From the NCBI RefSeq assembly GCF_009914755.1, contig NC_060934.1: a stretch of DNA of 64,000 nucleotides; one strand, written 5' to 3'. The notes below the pieces were generated by a model. It had not been told where the DNA came from, did not search any database, and was given only the letters and a program-made list of their open reading frames with translations. This stretch comes from the human T2T-CHM13v2.0 reference genome, Homo sapiens. This document shows, piece by piece, positions 45,031 through 61,728 of this stretch. The position numbers were made by a program, and so were the translations under genes. The stretch's first letter is position 1. Each line of letters opens with the position of its first letter.

Positions 45031-45159
45031 GTCCAAGGGATGTCCTTCATTGCAGCAGTACTCATTCTCAATTTGGAAGAGGCAGATGCCTTTATCGCAT
45101 TTGCCAATCTCCTGAATAAGCCATGCCAGTTGGCCTTTTTTCGTGTGGATCACAGCATG
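45031..45159 (+). CDS. TBC1D12: TBC1D12 coding exon, [43 protein letters not shown] (glutamine finger)
   Basis: Acceptor ccctttgaag, donor gtatga; 129 nt; completes the YVQGM motif. Confidence 0.96.
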
Positions 45160-45419
45160 GTATGAATGGATCATGTTTTCCATTGTTTCTGTAGTTTGAA
45201 TGCCCTCTTAGAGTGAAAAACAATAATTAGAAGGCCAAAACAATCTAATCTAATATAAACTTATCATTATATTATAGTTTATTAATGAATGTTTGCTGAG
45301 AAGACTCAGAAAAAGATGAGATTCTTAATGAGCACGATTTCCTGTTAGTGTTTAAGCGTTTAATTTCTTTATTTCTAGACTATATACTTTCATAATTTTA
45401 TTGATTTTTTAATCTTTAG

Positions 45420-45529
45420 ATGTTGAAATATTTTGCAACATTTGAAGTATTCTTTGAAGAAAATCTTTCCAAATTATTTCTTCACTTCAAATCTTACAGT
45501 CTTACACCAGATATATACTTGATAGACTG
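45420..45529 (+). CDS. TBC1D12: TBC1D12 coding exon, [37 protein letters not shown]
   Basis: Acceptor tctttag, donor gtaagt; 110 nt; in frame. Confidence 0.95.
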
Positions 45530-45694
45530 GTAAGTCATAACATACGTAATATATAATAATGAAAAGGAAATAAAGTATAACTTTTTGTGTGTTTTAGGAA
45601 CTAGAGTAAATCTCATGTGCAGGATTTTACATATAAAGAGCCTTCTTTTACAAATTTAGAAACTTCCAAATTTTTGTGGGGACGCATTTGATTA

Positions 45695-45841
<147 letters not shown>

Positions 45842-47597
45842 TTAGTCTTGGCCAGGCACGGTGGCTCATGCCTGTAATCTTAGCACTTTGGTGGGTGGAT
45901 CACGAGGTCAGGAGTTCGAAACCAGCCTGACTAACATGGTGAAACCCTGTCTCTACTAAAAGTACAAAAATTAGCCAGGTATAGTGGCATGCACCTGTAA
46001 TCCCAGCTACTTGGGAGGCTGAGGCAGGAGAATCGCTTGAACCCAGGAGGCGGGAGGTTGCAGTGAGCCAAGATTGCGATACTGCACTCCAGCCTGGTGA
46101 CAGATCGAGACTCCAGCTCAAAAAAAAAAAAAAAAAAAAGAACTTAGCTGGGTGTAGTCGCTGTAGGCTGCAGCAGGACAATTGTTGGAACCTGAGAGGC
46201 AGATGTTGCAGTGAACCGAGATCACACCCCAGCACTGCAGCCTGGACAACAGAGCGAAACTCTATCTCAAAAAAAAAAAAAAAAAAAAAAAAAGAGCATA
46301 GACTCTGGGTTGAAATCAGAATCTCTCAGTTTGTGTTTCAGTTTTTTGTCTATAAATTGGGAATAATATTATCTTTATCTTGAGTTGTAGCGAGGGTGTT
46401 TTACGTGGATTATCTCATTCAATGCCTAGCACATACTAAGCTCTCAGAGTTAGTTGCTATTTATTTTATTATTAACACACAAGGGCTTATGATAGTTATA
46501 ATAGTGTTTCTTTACTAAGGGCTTCATATTGTTTCTTTTTATTTCAAGGTTTTATCAAGCTTTTTTTCCCCAAGATGACACCAATTTGAATTTTTTAATT
46601 TGATCTCCCTTCTTACATATTGTCTGAAATTTTTTTTAAAAATGTAATAAATGTAAATACGATATACTTTCTCCAAGTTTCACATATGAATAGCTCAGCT
46701 TTTTACTGTTCCACACACAATTTTATTTCCTAGATTTTCTCTAGCTTAAAAAAAAAGGCCAAGTGCAGTGGCTGACGCCTGTAGTCCCAGCACTTTGGGA
46801 GGCCAAGGCGGGAGGATTGCTGGAGGCCAGGAGTTTGAGACCAGCCTGGGCACCACAGCAAGACCCCATTTCTACAAAAAATAAAAATAAAAAAATTGGC
46901 CAGACATAGTCGTGCATTCCTGTAGTCCCAGCTACTCAGGAGGCTGAGGTGGGAGGATTGCTTGAGCACAGGAGTTTAAGGTTACAGTGAGCTATGATTG
47001 CACCACTGTCCTCCAGCCTGGGTGACAGAACGAGATCCTATTAAAAAAAAATTATGTATGTTGCCAAATCATGTATACTGCAGACAGGATCACCATTTTA
47101 TTACTTGTGTTTAAAGTTCAAAGTTTTTTAGACTTTTTGTTTGTCATATTAAGACTAATGATATTAATGGTGTTCCTAATAGGCATACAGCTCTCCTACA
47201 ACCTGTAATTCAGGCACCAACGTTCCTTCCATTTTTTACTTCCACCGTCTTTAACAAGGCATTTTCAGGGTTTTCACAGAAGGGGAGAGAACAAGGAGAC
47301 TCACAAGGGGAGATTTTGGGAAGCTAAGCCTAGAGGTATTACGCATCTCCTCCTCTCACATTCCACTGGCCAGGACTCAGTCATGTGGCCACAACTAACT
47401 GCAAGTGAAGATGCAAAATGTGGTTTAGCTGTTTGCCCAGAAAGAAAAAGAAATGGTTTGGTAAACAGCCAGTTTCTACCACACATACTTTTTTTCTGTT
47501 TAATCAGAACAACCACATAAGATATGTACTGTAAACCAGGGCATGATGGCTCACGCCTGTAATCCCAGTACTTTGGGAGGCCGAGGCAGGCGGATCA

Positions 47598-47906
<309 letters not shown>

Positions 47907-48392
47907 TTATTTTTTATTTTTTGAGACAGTCTAGTTCTGTTGCCCGGGTTGGAGTGCAGTGGCGCAATCACAGCTCCTCCCACCTGGAACTCCTGGGCTC
48001 AAGCATTCCTCCCACCTCAGCCTCCTGAGTAGTTGGGATTACAGGTATGCGTCACCATGCCTGGATAATTGATACTGAAATTTTGATAGGCTTGAGTACC
48101 ATACCTAATATTTCACAGTTAATAAATGGCAGAATAGAAACTAAAACCTCAGCAGTCCAGTTCCAGAAACCATATTCTTTATAAAGTTAACTACAACATG
48201 ACCAACACTGATTTTACTGAAGAGGAATATTTAGGGTTTTTTTAGTTGTAAGAGAGGTGGGATTTTAGAACTGGAAGTAATCCAAATTCATCATTTTAGA
48301 GCTGAAGAAATTGAGATGCAGAAGTAGAATGTCATAGTGAAGGTCGAATCATTGCTGTTCAAGTATTATACAATATAAATAAACATTTTTTA

Positions 48393-48626
<234 letters not shown>

Positions 48627-48884
48627 TCAGGAGGCTGAGGCACGAGAATCGCTTGAACCCAGGAGGCCAAGGTTGCAGTGAGCCGGGATCACGCCACTGC
48701 ACTCCAGCCTGGGCTACAGAGCAAGACTCCGTCTCAAAAAAAAAAAAAAAAAAAGCTAAACAAAAAAACCGTAATTGCAACAATGTAACAATGTATATTA
48801 CATTTTCTAAAAGTTAATTTCTTAAGCTATGTGGTTTAATGGAATTAAGATTTCTTTTTCTTTTCACTCTTTTGAAGTTTTAAA

Positions 48885-51400
<2,516 letters not shown>

Positions 51401-51608
51401 TTTTGTACCTATTATTAATGTATCCAGTTTTCTGATAGAAGAATGATGCCTTATTTAGGCACTAATGTCTTTTATCATGTTTTCTGTTGAAAATCTTTTG
51501 TTTTAACTTGGAGAGTTTGCCTTTGAAGCAATACCCAGTAGATTATAGAATGGTGGGTGAATTTTGCCAAAGAGATGGAGCAGTTGATCTTAAGACAGGT
51601 TGTTGTTA

Positions 51609-51860
<252 letters not shown>

Positions 51861-52037
51861 TCACTCTAACCTGGGAAATAGAGCAAGACTGTGTCTCCAA
51901 AAAAAAAAAAAAAGAATTCACATGATAATTTGAGGAGGGGGGAAGAGTACAGATGACATATTTAAACTTTAATTCTTAACAATTCACAACCAGTGGGTTT
52001 CACGTAAATGGTATTAAGCTTTAATGTAGAAAAATAA

Positions 52038-52364
<327 letters not shown>

Positions 52365-52534
52365 TGAGCCACCAGACCCGACTGATTTAGGCTTTTTTAA
52401 AAATTAAGTTATTGGCTGGGCACAGTGGCTCATGCCTGTAATCCCAGCACTTTGGGAGTCCGAGGCAGGCAGATCACCTGAGGTTGGGAATTCGAGACCA
52501 GCCTGACCAACATGGAGAAACGCCGTCTCTACTA

Positions 52535-52822
<288 letters not shown>

Positions 52823-53844
52823 CTAATTCCATTAAGAAGGAAAAAAAAGTCCTCCATTGTCAGTCTTGAGAAGTGTGAGCATGGGGGATAGCAGGATCAC
52901 AATTGATGTGGGGGACAGGAGAGAACTAATAAAGAGTAAGTACTGTATACTAGAACCTGAGCCTAGGCACTCCTCATTTTGAACAGGGAGTTTTATACTA
53001 CCAAAAGTGGTTTTTGTCATATGATTAAATACGTGTTTGTAATTTAAGAGATAGGGATGGACTTTTGTTTCATGTCTCTGTTGAGTTTATTATATACAAA
53101 TCCCAGAGACATTTTTGTGGGATAGGAATGAATAAGTGGCAGTGCAAAAGGATTTTTTTAAAAATTATTTTGGCGAGGAAGCTTTTAGTTCCCTTCCTCA
53201 AACCCCATCAGCACTACCTCAAATAAACACACAATCAGTGTAAACAATTGTATACTTTCTTTGCCAAGGCAACTTCAAGACAAGTCCTGTAATACTTACT
53301 CTCCCCACTTCCCCCAACCAGAATGGCTCCCAGAGAACCACTGGATAAAGAATTACGTGGTCAGACATTGTCAGAAAGGTTGGGAAAAACCATTTTGGTG
53401 ATTCTATTGGAAGGTATACATGCTTCAAAAGAAGTAGTAAATAAAGCTGGGTGGAGGAAAAAGACAAAACAAAACAATGGATGTTTGTGCAAGGGGAAGA
53501 GAAAAGAGAGAAGTCAGACTTTGAGTTTATATTAGGTTACTAAAAGATGATATTTGAGTTCTTCATACAATAATAATAATTTTTATTTAGCATTTCTTAC
53601 ATGCCAAACGCTGATGTAAACACTTTTACGTTTATTAACTACTATAATTTTTAAAACAATCCTGAGAGGTAGGTAGTTTTCTTATAGTTTACTAATGAAG
53701 AAACTGAGGCACAGTAAAGACAACTATCCTGCTCAAGGTAACACAACTAATAAGTGGCAAATTCAGGATTCAAATTCAGGCATTCTGGTTTCATAGCTCA
53801 TACCCTTAACTACCAGACTGTTCTACCACTCTAGTATATATTAG

Positions 53845-54224
<380 letters not shown>

Positions 54225-54278
54225 TAAATGAGTCAATGAATGAAAAATTTCAGTGACCATTTTTCCCTCTAATTTTAG

Positions 54279-54537
54279 GATCTTCACACTATATAGCAAA
54301 TCACTACCACTTGATCTGGCCTGTCGAGTCTGGGATGTATTTTGCAGAGATGGGGAAGAATTTTTATTTAGGACTGGATTAGGAATCCTCCGATTATATG
54401 AAGATATTCTCCTGCAGATGGACTTTATTCATATAGCACAGTTTCTAACTAAATTGCCAGAAGATATCACATCGGAAAAGCTGTTCAGTTGTATTGCAGC
54501 CATTCAGATGCAGAATAGCACCAAAAAATGGACTCAG
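54279..54537 (+). CDS. TBC1D12: TBC1D12 coding exon, [86 protein letters not shown]
   Basis: Acceptor aattttag, donor gtagag; 259 nt; RVWD motif typical of the TBC C-terminal half; matches ORF 54253-54546. Confidence 0.97.
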
Positions 54538-54678
54538 GTAGAGTGACATTTTCTTATCTTTAATAGATGTGTTAAAGCAGTTGACTTATTGTAAAAAAGT
54601 TAGGTATTTCTTAAAAGTTAGTACTTAAAAATATGTCTTTTAAAAATAATTTTTGACTTCTAAGAAGCAAGAGTTTAA

Positions 54679-55197
<519 letters not shown>

Positions 55198-55223
55198 TAG
55201 CCAGGATTGTCTCAATCTCCTGA

Positions 55224-55469
<246 letters not shown>

Positions 55470-56139
55470 TAGTAGAGACGGGGTTTCACCATGTTAGCCA
55501 GGATGGTCTCGATCTCCTGACCTTGTGATCTGCCCGCCTCAGCCTCCCAAAGTGCTGTGATTACAGGCATGAGCCACTGCACTTGACTGGGCTTTATTTT
55601 ATTTAAGTCCAGTATTATCAATTTAGTGAAGTACAACCCACAGTAGTCATTTATTTGCCAGAGTAGTTATTATTTTGGTATTTCAAATAGACAACAATTT
55701 TATTATATTAAATACCTACTGTGTACTAGGGTTTGTAGTTGAAAGAATATATAATGTATGGTCCTGGCTTTTAGATGCTTAGTCTTGTTAGGAAAGTAAA
55801 AGCATTGGCAATCTAAGTTAAGTGACATAAAAGGATAGCAGTATCACTCAATCCATGAATGATATAAACAATTGGCATTATTAAATTCACAGTCTTATTG
55901 GTTCAGAAAATGTTATGTTACCAAATAGTAATTTCAGAATAGTTGGCAATTGGTAAAAATTGGAATCTAATCATATTTCATGATTAGAAAAAAATAAAGG
56001 GGATTTGAGAATGACACACTTTCGGGGACAGTGTTAAGTATAATAAAGCTTTTTCATGTTTATGAACTATAGTTATTTAAATCTCTTTAATCTGGGTGGT
56101 AGTTTTTGAGGATTAATCTTTATTTTATATAATTTTCAG

Positions 56140-56208
56140 GTCTTTGCATCTGTAATGAAGGATATTAAAGAAGGAGACAAGAACAGTAGTCCTGCTTTGA
56201 AAAGCTAG
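56140..56208 (+). CDS. TBC1D12: TBC1D12 last coding segment, [22 protein letters not shown]-stop
   Basis: Acceptor aattttcag; TAG stop at 56206-56208; in frame with the previous exon. Confidence 0.95.
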
Positions 56209-59200
56209 TCTTCAAAATTGACAGACTAACTGACATAGAAAAAGTGGTTTTTGGATAAAGGTTTTTTGTTTCCTATGTAAAAGGCGTGGAAGAAAATGTT
56301 GGAGATACCTAAAAGAATCAAGAGGTGGAAAACTGCTGATTTTACATTTTATGGCTGAAGTAAATGAAATAAGTAACTTATTGACAGTATTAATAAACTA
56401 TTATTTTGTAGGTAGAGTCATTTTTCAAAGGAAAAAGTTTAAGTGGTGAGTTTATATTCCACAATTTGGAGTAAACAAAATGCAATAAATTTTTAAAATA
56501 GCTTTGAAGATACTTCAAATTTTTACATCTTTTCTTTTGTAACAGTTACCACAAAGATATTCTGGAGGCTAGAGTAGGATTGTTAAATACTACTGTTAAC
56601 CTCCAAAGTACTATAGTACAGACATTGTTTCCAGTTCTGACCTTTTGAAGATATTATAGACCAGTAATGAACAGATTTGGTTGTAAATTATTTAAGTCAC
56701 TGAAGATGTCATTTATCTTCATTCACAAGTTGGGGCAAATTCGAGTTACCTAGGAACTGGAAATGTTGGTGGGAGATTGTTTATTGTTTGTTTAGATGTT
56801 TTTCCATAGTATGGTGTCCATTTGTTTTTTAAGGGAAATTTTTTGTCTTCCTTAAGGAATTCCTATCACTCAGAGAATTTTAGCCATTCTGGTTCTAGTC
56901 TAACAAATTATTCATCTAATAATTTGACATTAAGAAAACTATAAATAACTGGTAGAAGGAAAGTGCTTTGCACTTCAGTGGATTGAAGACTTGACTTTGA
57001 GAGTAAGTCCAAAAACATATATGATGTTTCTCAGTGATAAGAGTAAAAAGTAATGAATCCTGAGAGTTCTTAAACAGCATGCTACTTGGCAAGACTTCAT
57101 ATTTTTTAGTTACAATTCTTCCACTGTTTAACTCCAGTTTGAAATTTGAAATCTAATATGTAGCTAAATCTGTGACTTGTAAAACTCTATGCATAATTTT
57201 TCCTAATCAGTGGAAATAAGAATAAAAGAAAAAGGTAAAGTTAATTTTTTTTCTAAGTCTACATCCTATCTCTTGATTCAGTTGCCTGAAGAAGCTGGGT
57301 AAGGAGATTAGTCTTGTTATTGATTCTTTTATGTGTCAGTGCCATCTTAATCTCTTCACATGGTACACTAAATGCTGCCTATAACCCATCCTCATCTTCT
57401 TTACTCATCATTGCTTTCTTCAAGGAAGGTCTTGATACTGCCCTCGTCTACCTCACTATCCGCTAGTCTAGATAGTGACTCTTTGGAAAATTGGTAGCCT
57501 CTGAATGAGTTATCCAACTTCTGCTTCCTCACATTGGCCACTTTGCATAGGTTCGGGAACTTAGCAGGTTTTAAATCATCATGCCCATGGAGGTGAAATA
57601 CTTTGAGGAATGGGAACATCTCTTCACTGTGTTTTTGGATCAGCCTTCTCTCAACCGCCAAGAAATGCATGATTTCCCTGCCAACTCTAGGAAGTAGTGC
57701 TGCATGATTGAATCATTATTTGATGAATTCTTTCATTGTAACATAGGGAGTCATTTTCAAAAAGGTAGATATGAACTTAAATTAAATTGACTTATGAATG
57801 CTTTGCCTGTGGGCCCAACAGTGTCATGACCCTCCAATTGAAACATAGCATGAATTATTTTTATGTCGAGTTCTTGAACTGCTAATCAGGTGTGTGTTTC
57901 CTTGAAGTCCAGAGCAGGATCCAGGTCAGATGAAGGAGGTGGTATGCCTGGCTTAACTGCTGAAAATAGAGCATTGAAACTCTTCACAATGTGCTGCATT
58001 GGGTTTCTGCTTGGCTTTCTCACTGAAAAGTAAATTGGGGAAAATGCTGCTTTTACTATTTTGCATTTTATAGCAACATTAACAGTCTTTTCCCAGTCAG
58101 GTGCTGTCCAGGGAACATGTTTCCCTTGGGAGGTCTGAACAGAGTGACCTGGCTTGATGTATTTCCTGAGCTCTAGTACCATATCATAGAATTAGTTAAA
58201 TGTAGTCAACAGCAATGTCAGAACAATTGACATTGTCTTTCCAAGAGTGAATGCATTGGCTTTCGGAACTGCTACTAGAGACATACATGAGGCAGCGAAC
58301 ACATCTTTAGGTGGGGGCAAGGCTATATCTGATTGACAGAGATCTCTGATCTCTAATGACATATTGCTATTGTCCTATTATGTTTAAATTTGAACCTAAA
58401 TCACTTGAGTGTTATGAGTGATGGCTATATAACATGCTGTTTGGTTAGATTTACAGTGTGTTTTTATGTTGCAGTTTAGTTTGAAACAACACTTAAGCAC
58501 ACTATTTCTGTTAGTGTATATAGTTTTCAAACTAACAAGCCTGCGATCCTTGTTAGTGTAGTGACTGCCTCTTTAGGAGTATGGGGCCCTAGGGTGTCCA
58601 TATATTTTTACCCCATGGGTCATTCTAGTCTAAGGACTACTAGTAGAACCCTCAAAAGGTAATTGCTATTATAGGGACTTACTTATTGGAGACTGGTAAT
58701 ATAATAAAATATTGAAGGAGTGGCCATGGTCTTAGCAGGTTTTAGAATGACCTTTTAACTCCAGTAACTACTTCCTTGGTATTGGTATCCTTGATAGAGG
58801 GAATATAACATCTGGCAGTAATCTCATTCAGGTTATACTACCTGACTAAATTTAATCATACTTTCATGTATTTGTTTCCTCAGTTGGACCTAAGTTACTG
58901 TATTTGTTTTTCTTATTTTTTTATTATTGTACAGTTTCTTTACCTTTCAAGTATAAATGTGTATATAAAATGTAAATACAAAGAATTCACTAAAAACCAC
59001 TCATAACAATTACTGTGTAAATAAAACTGGTAAGCAGAGTAATTACTTGAAATGAGTCTTCATTACTTTGGGGATATCTGTTTTATTTAACTGCATCTCA
59101 AGGAAACAAAGGAAATAATCTTTGTTTTTGTTTGCCAAATTTGTCTTCCAAGGAATGCACTAAGCCTTCAGTCTTTTTAGACTGACAGTACTGGCAGCTA

Positions 59201-59340
59201 AAATATTGTACTGTATCTTCTCTTGAGCCCAGTATGTAGGAAATATGTGATAATTCACATGGTCAGTATATGGCAGTTTTTGTTGTTGTTGTTACAGTAT
59301 ATTTTCAATTAAAAAAAAACTTTTCCTAAAATACTCAAAA
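56209..59340 (+). other. TBC1D12: TBC1D12 3' UTR (3' end approximate)
   Basis: Alu-free AU-rich stretch after the stop. Poly(A) hexamers: AATAAA at 56392, 56484, 57221, 58703, 59020; ATTAAA at 59308 followed by a GU-rich tract (ggtgtttcatttgtttgtct, ~59359-59378). Confidence 0.75.
57245..58362 (-). pseudogene. Endogenous non-retroviral viral element: decayed bornavirus-like (Mononegavirales) nucleoprotein gene (EBLN-type), antisense in the TBC1D12 3' UTR
   Basis: Minus-strand frames join from ATG 58362 to TAG 57261-57259 (~365 codons, 2 frameshifts, 5 internal stops). Core PTGKAFISQF/KFISTFLKMTPYVTMKEFIK**FNHAALLPRVGREIMHFLAVERRLIQKHSEEMFPFLKVFHLHGHDDLKPAKFPNLCKVANVRKQKLDNSFRGY aligns colinearly by eye with the Borna disease virus N C-terminal lobe as I recall it ([29 protein letters not shown]...[26 protein letters not shown]...LAPRSFPNLASAA...MAGY). 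Followed by TTAG-A8. Confidence 0.85.
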
Positions 59341-59378
59341 TAATGTGAAATTTAATATGGTGTTTCATTTGTTTGTCT
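59308..59378 (+). terminator. Likely distal polyadenylation signal (ATTAAA) with downstream GU-rich element
   Basis: Hexamer plus a GU/U-rich tract about 45 nt downstream; AATAAA at 59020 is an alternative. Confidence 0.55.
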
Positions 59379-61435
59379 ACTCAATATATATATTTCTTAC
59401 TTAATGTTCCTTTAGTCCAGGTCTACAATGCCTTATTTAAATGCTGTTAGAAAAAAAAATGCTGTTAGAAGACTCCAGTAACTCGCATAGTTTTGTATAG
59501 TCAGCTTTTGCTGATGTCTTTTGCATATGTGACCTTTGAGTATATTTGTTTGACTTTATAAAATTAGGTAGCATTTGCAAAATGACATTGACATTTTCAA
59601 AATCTCTGACTTCAAGATAATAGCGTTCCTTGCAGCTTAGGAACTAATGTTATTTTGACCTAGGCCAGTCAACTCTTTAGAGTCTACACTACTGAAGGGT
59701 ATAATTCTAAAGCAGATAATCATGAAATAATTTATCTTACTTCATAATGTCATATGATTTATTTTTATTTTTAATTTTATGTTTTTGTTTGGGTAAGATA
59801 AAATTATTTTATATTCCAAGAGTGTGTTCAGACAGCAGGGACTAGTATAAAATAGAGTCAAAAAAGTGTAAGGTAGCATTGGACAGTAAGTTACATTAAA
59901 ATTAAAATTTGTCATGACTAATTGATAGTGTCAGAAAACAGTCTTCTGAGAGGAAAAAAATGTTATTTTTGTATGGAATCGTATTATTTTGCTGTTTGAC
60001 AAGCATTGTCTAAAATATGAATTCTCAACTCTAATAAAACCTCATTAACTAGAACATCACTGCTTTACAACATGTAAAAACTAAAATGAAATCCAGGATT
60101 TCAGGGAAACTAACCACTCCAGAGAAAGCCCTGCTCTTTAAAAATATTGTTTGCTTGGTAAGAGTGTAATTGCAAACATGGGAAATTTGAATTAATACAC
60201 TTATATGTCTTAAGCCCTGATTATTGCCAAGCACTGCCTCTTAATATTTTGTTAGGCTACATAAAGTTTTAAGATTTGGGAAATTCCAAAATTGCCTTTC
60301 TTTCAAGATATTCTGCTGTTCATATTGATCATCCCTTGATCTCAATTAATGAGAATTTGCTTATGTGCATTTTATTTTGTAGATTCCATTTATTTTCCAG
60401 TAAACACCAGGAAGGAAATTTGACTAAAATTACATTATGAAAGTGTTTCATTTGAACATTTACGTAAACAATAATGACTTTATTAAATTTAAAGTAAAAT
60501 GACTTTTGTATTATTGCAATGTATTTGAAAAATCATCTTTATAATAAATATGTAAATGATAAATGAATATAGACTTGAAGGAGTATATAAAATTGACAAC
60601 AATGGGGTATATATGTTCTCATTTTTCATCCTCAGGCATAATGCTATACACAATGGTATAAAAGCAGAAAGTGAAGCTTCAAATTCTGGTCACAGCTGAG
60701 CACGGTGGCTCATGTCTGTGATCCTAGCACTTTGGGAGGCTGAGGCAGGAGCACCACTTGATCTGAGGAGCTCCAGATTAGCCTGGGTAACATAGTGAGA
60801 CCATCTCTACAAAAAATTTAAAAATTAGCTGGGCATGGTAGCATGTGCCTGTAGTCTCAGCTACTTGGAAGGCTGAGGTAGGAGGATTGCCTGAGCCTGG
60901 GAGGTTGAGGCTACACTGATCACACCACTGGACTCCAGCCTGTGCAACAGAGTGAGACACTTTCTCAAAAACATTTTAAAAAAAATTGGGCTGGGCACGG
61001 TGGCTCACGCCTTTAATTCCAGCACTTTGGGAGGCCAAGGCAGGCGGATTACCTGAGGTCAGGAGTTCGGGACCAGCCTTACCAACATGGAGAAACCCCA
61101 TTTCTACTAAAAATACAAAATTAGCCAGGCTTGGTGGGGTATTCCTGTAATCCCAGCTACTCGGCAGGCTGAGGCAAGAGAATGGCGTGAACCCGGGAGG
61201 TGGAGCTTGCAGTGACCCAAGATCGCCGGCTGCACTCCAGCCTGGGTGACAGAGCGAGACTCCGTCTTAAAAAAAAAAAAATGGGGTAAGTTAGGCAACA
61301 AAAAAGCCTCTTATGTGAGCCCTTGAAAAGCAAACACATCTTATGAAATTTTTAATTAGCTTACATGTTTCATTACCTTTTAACAGTGTAAATCAACTGG
61401 GCACGGTGGCTCGCACCTGCCATCCCAGCACCTTA

Positions 61436-61728
<293 letters not shown>

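Noticed and set aside
57401-58182. Treating the two minus-strand UTR ORFs as functional small proteins or an antisense cellular gene
   Set aside because: They are fragments of one disrupted viral-like reading frame separated by stops and a frameshift; no splice structure or promoter is evident.
57230-58400. A definite target-site duplication around the viral element
   Set aside because: Only a short, degenerate AT-rich similarity is visible; not enough to call.
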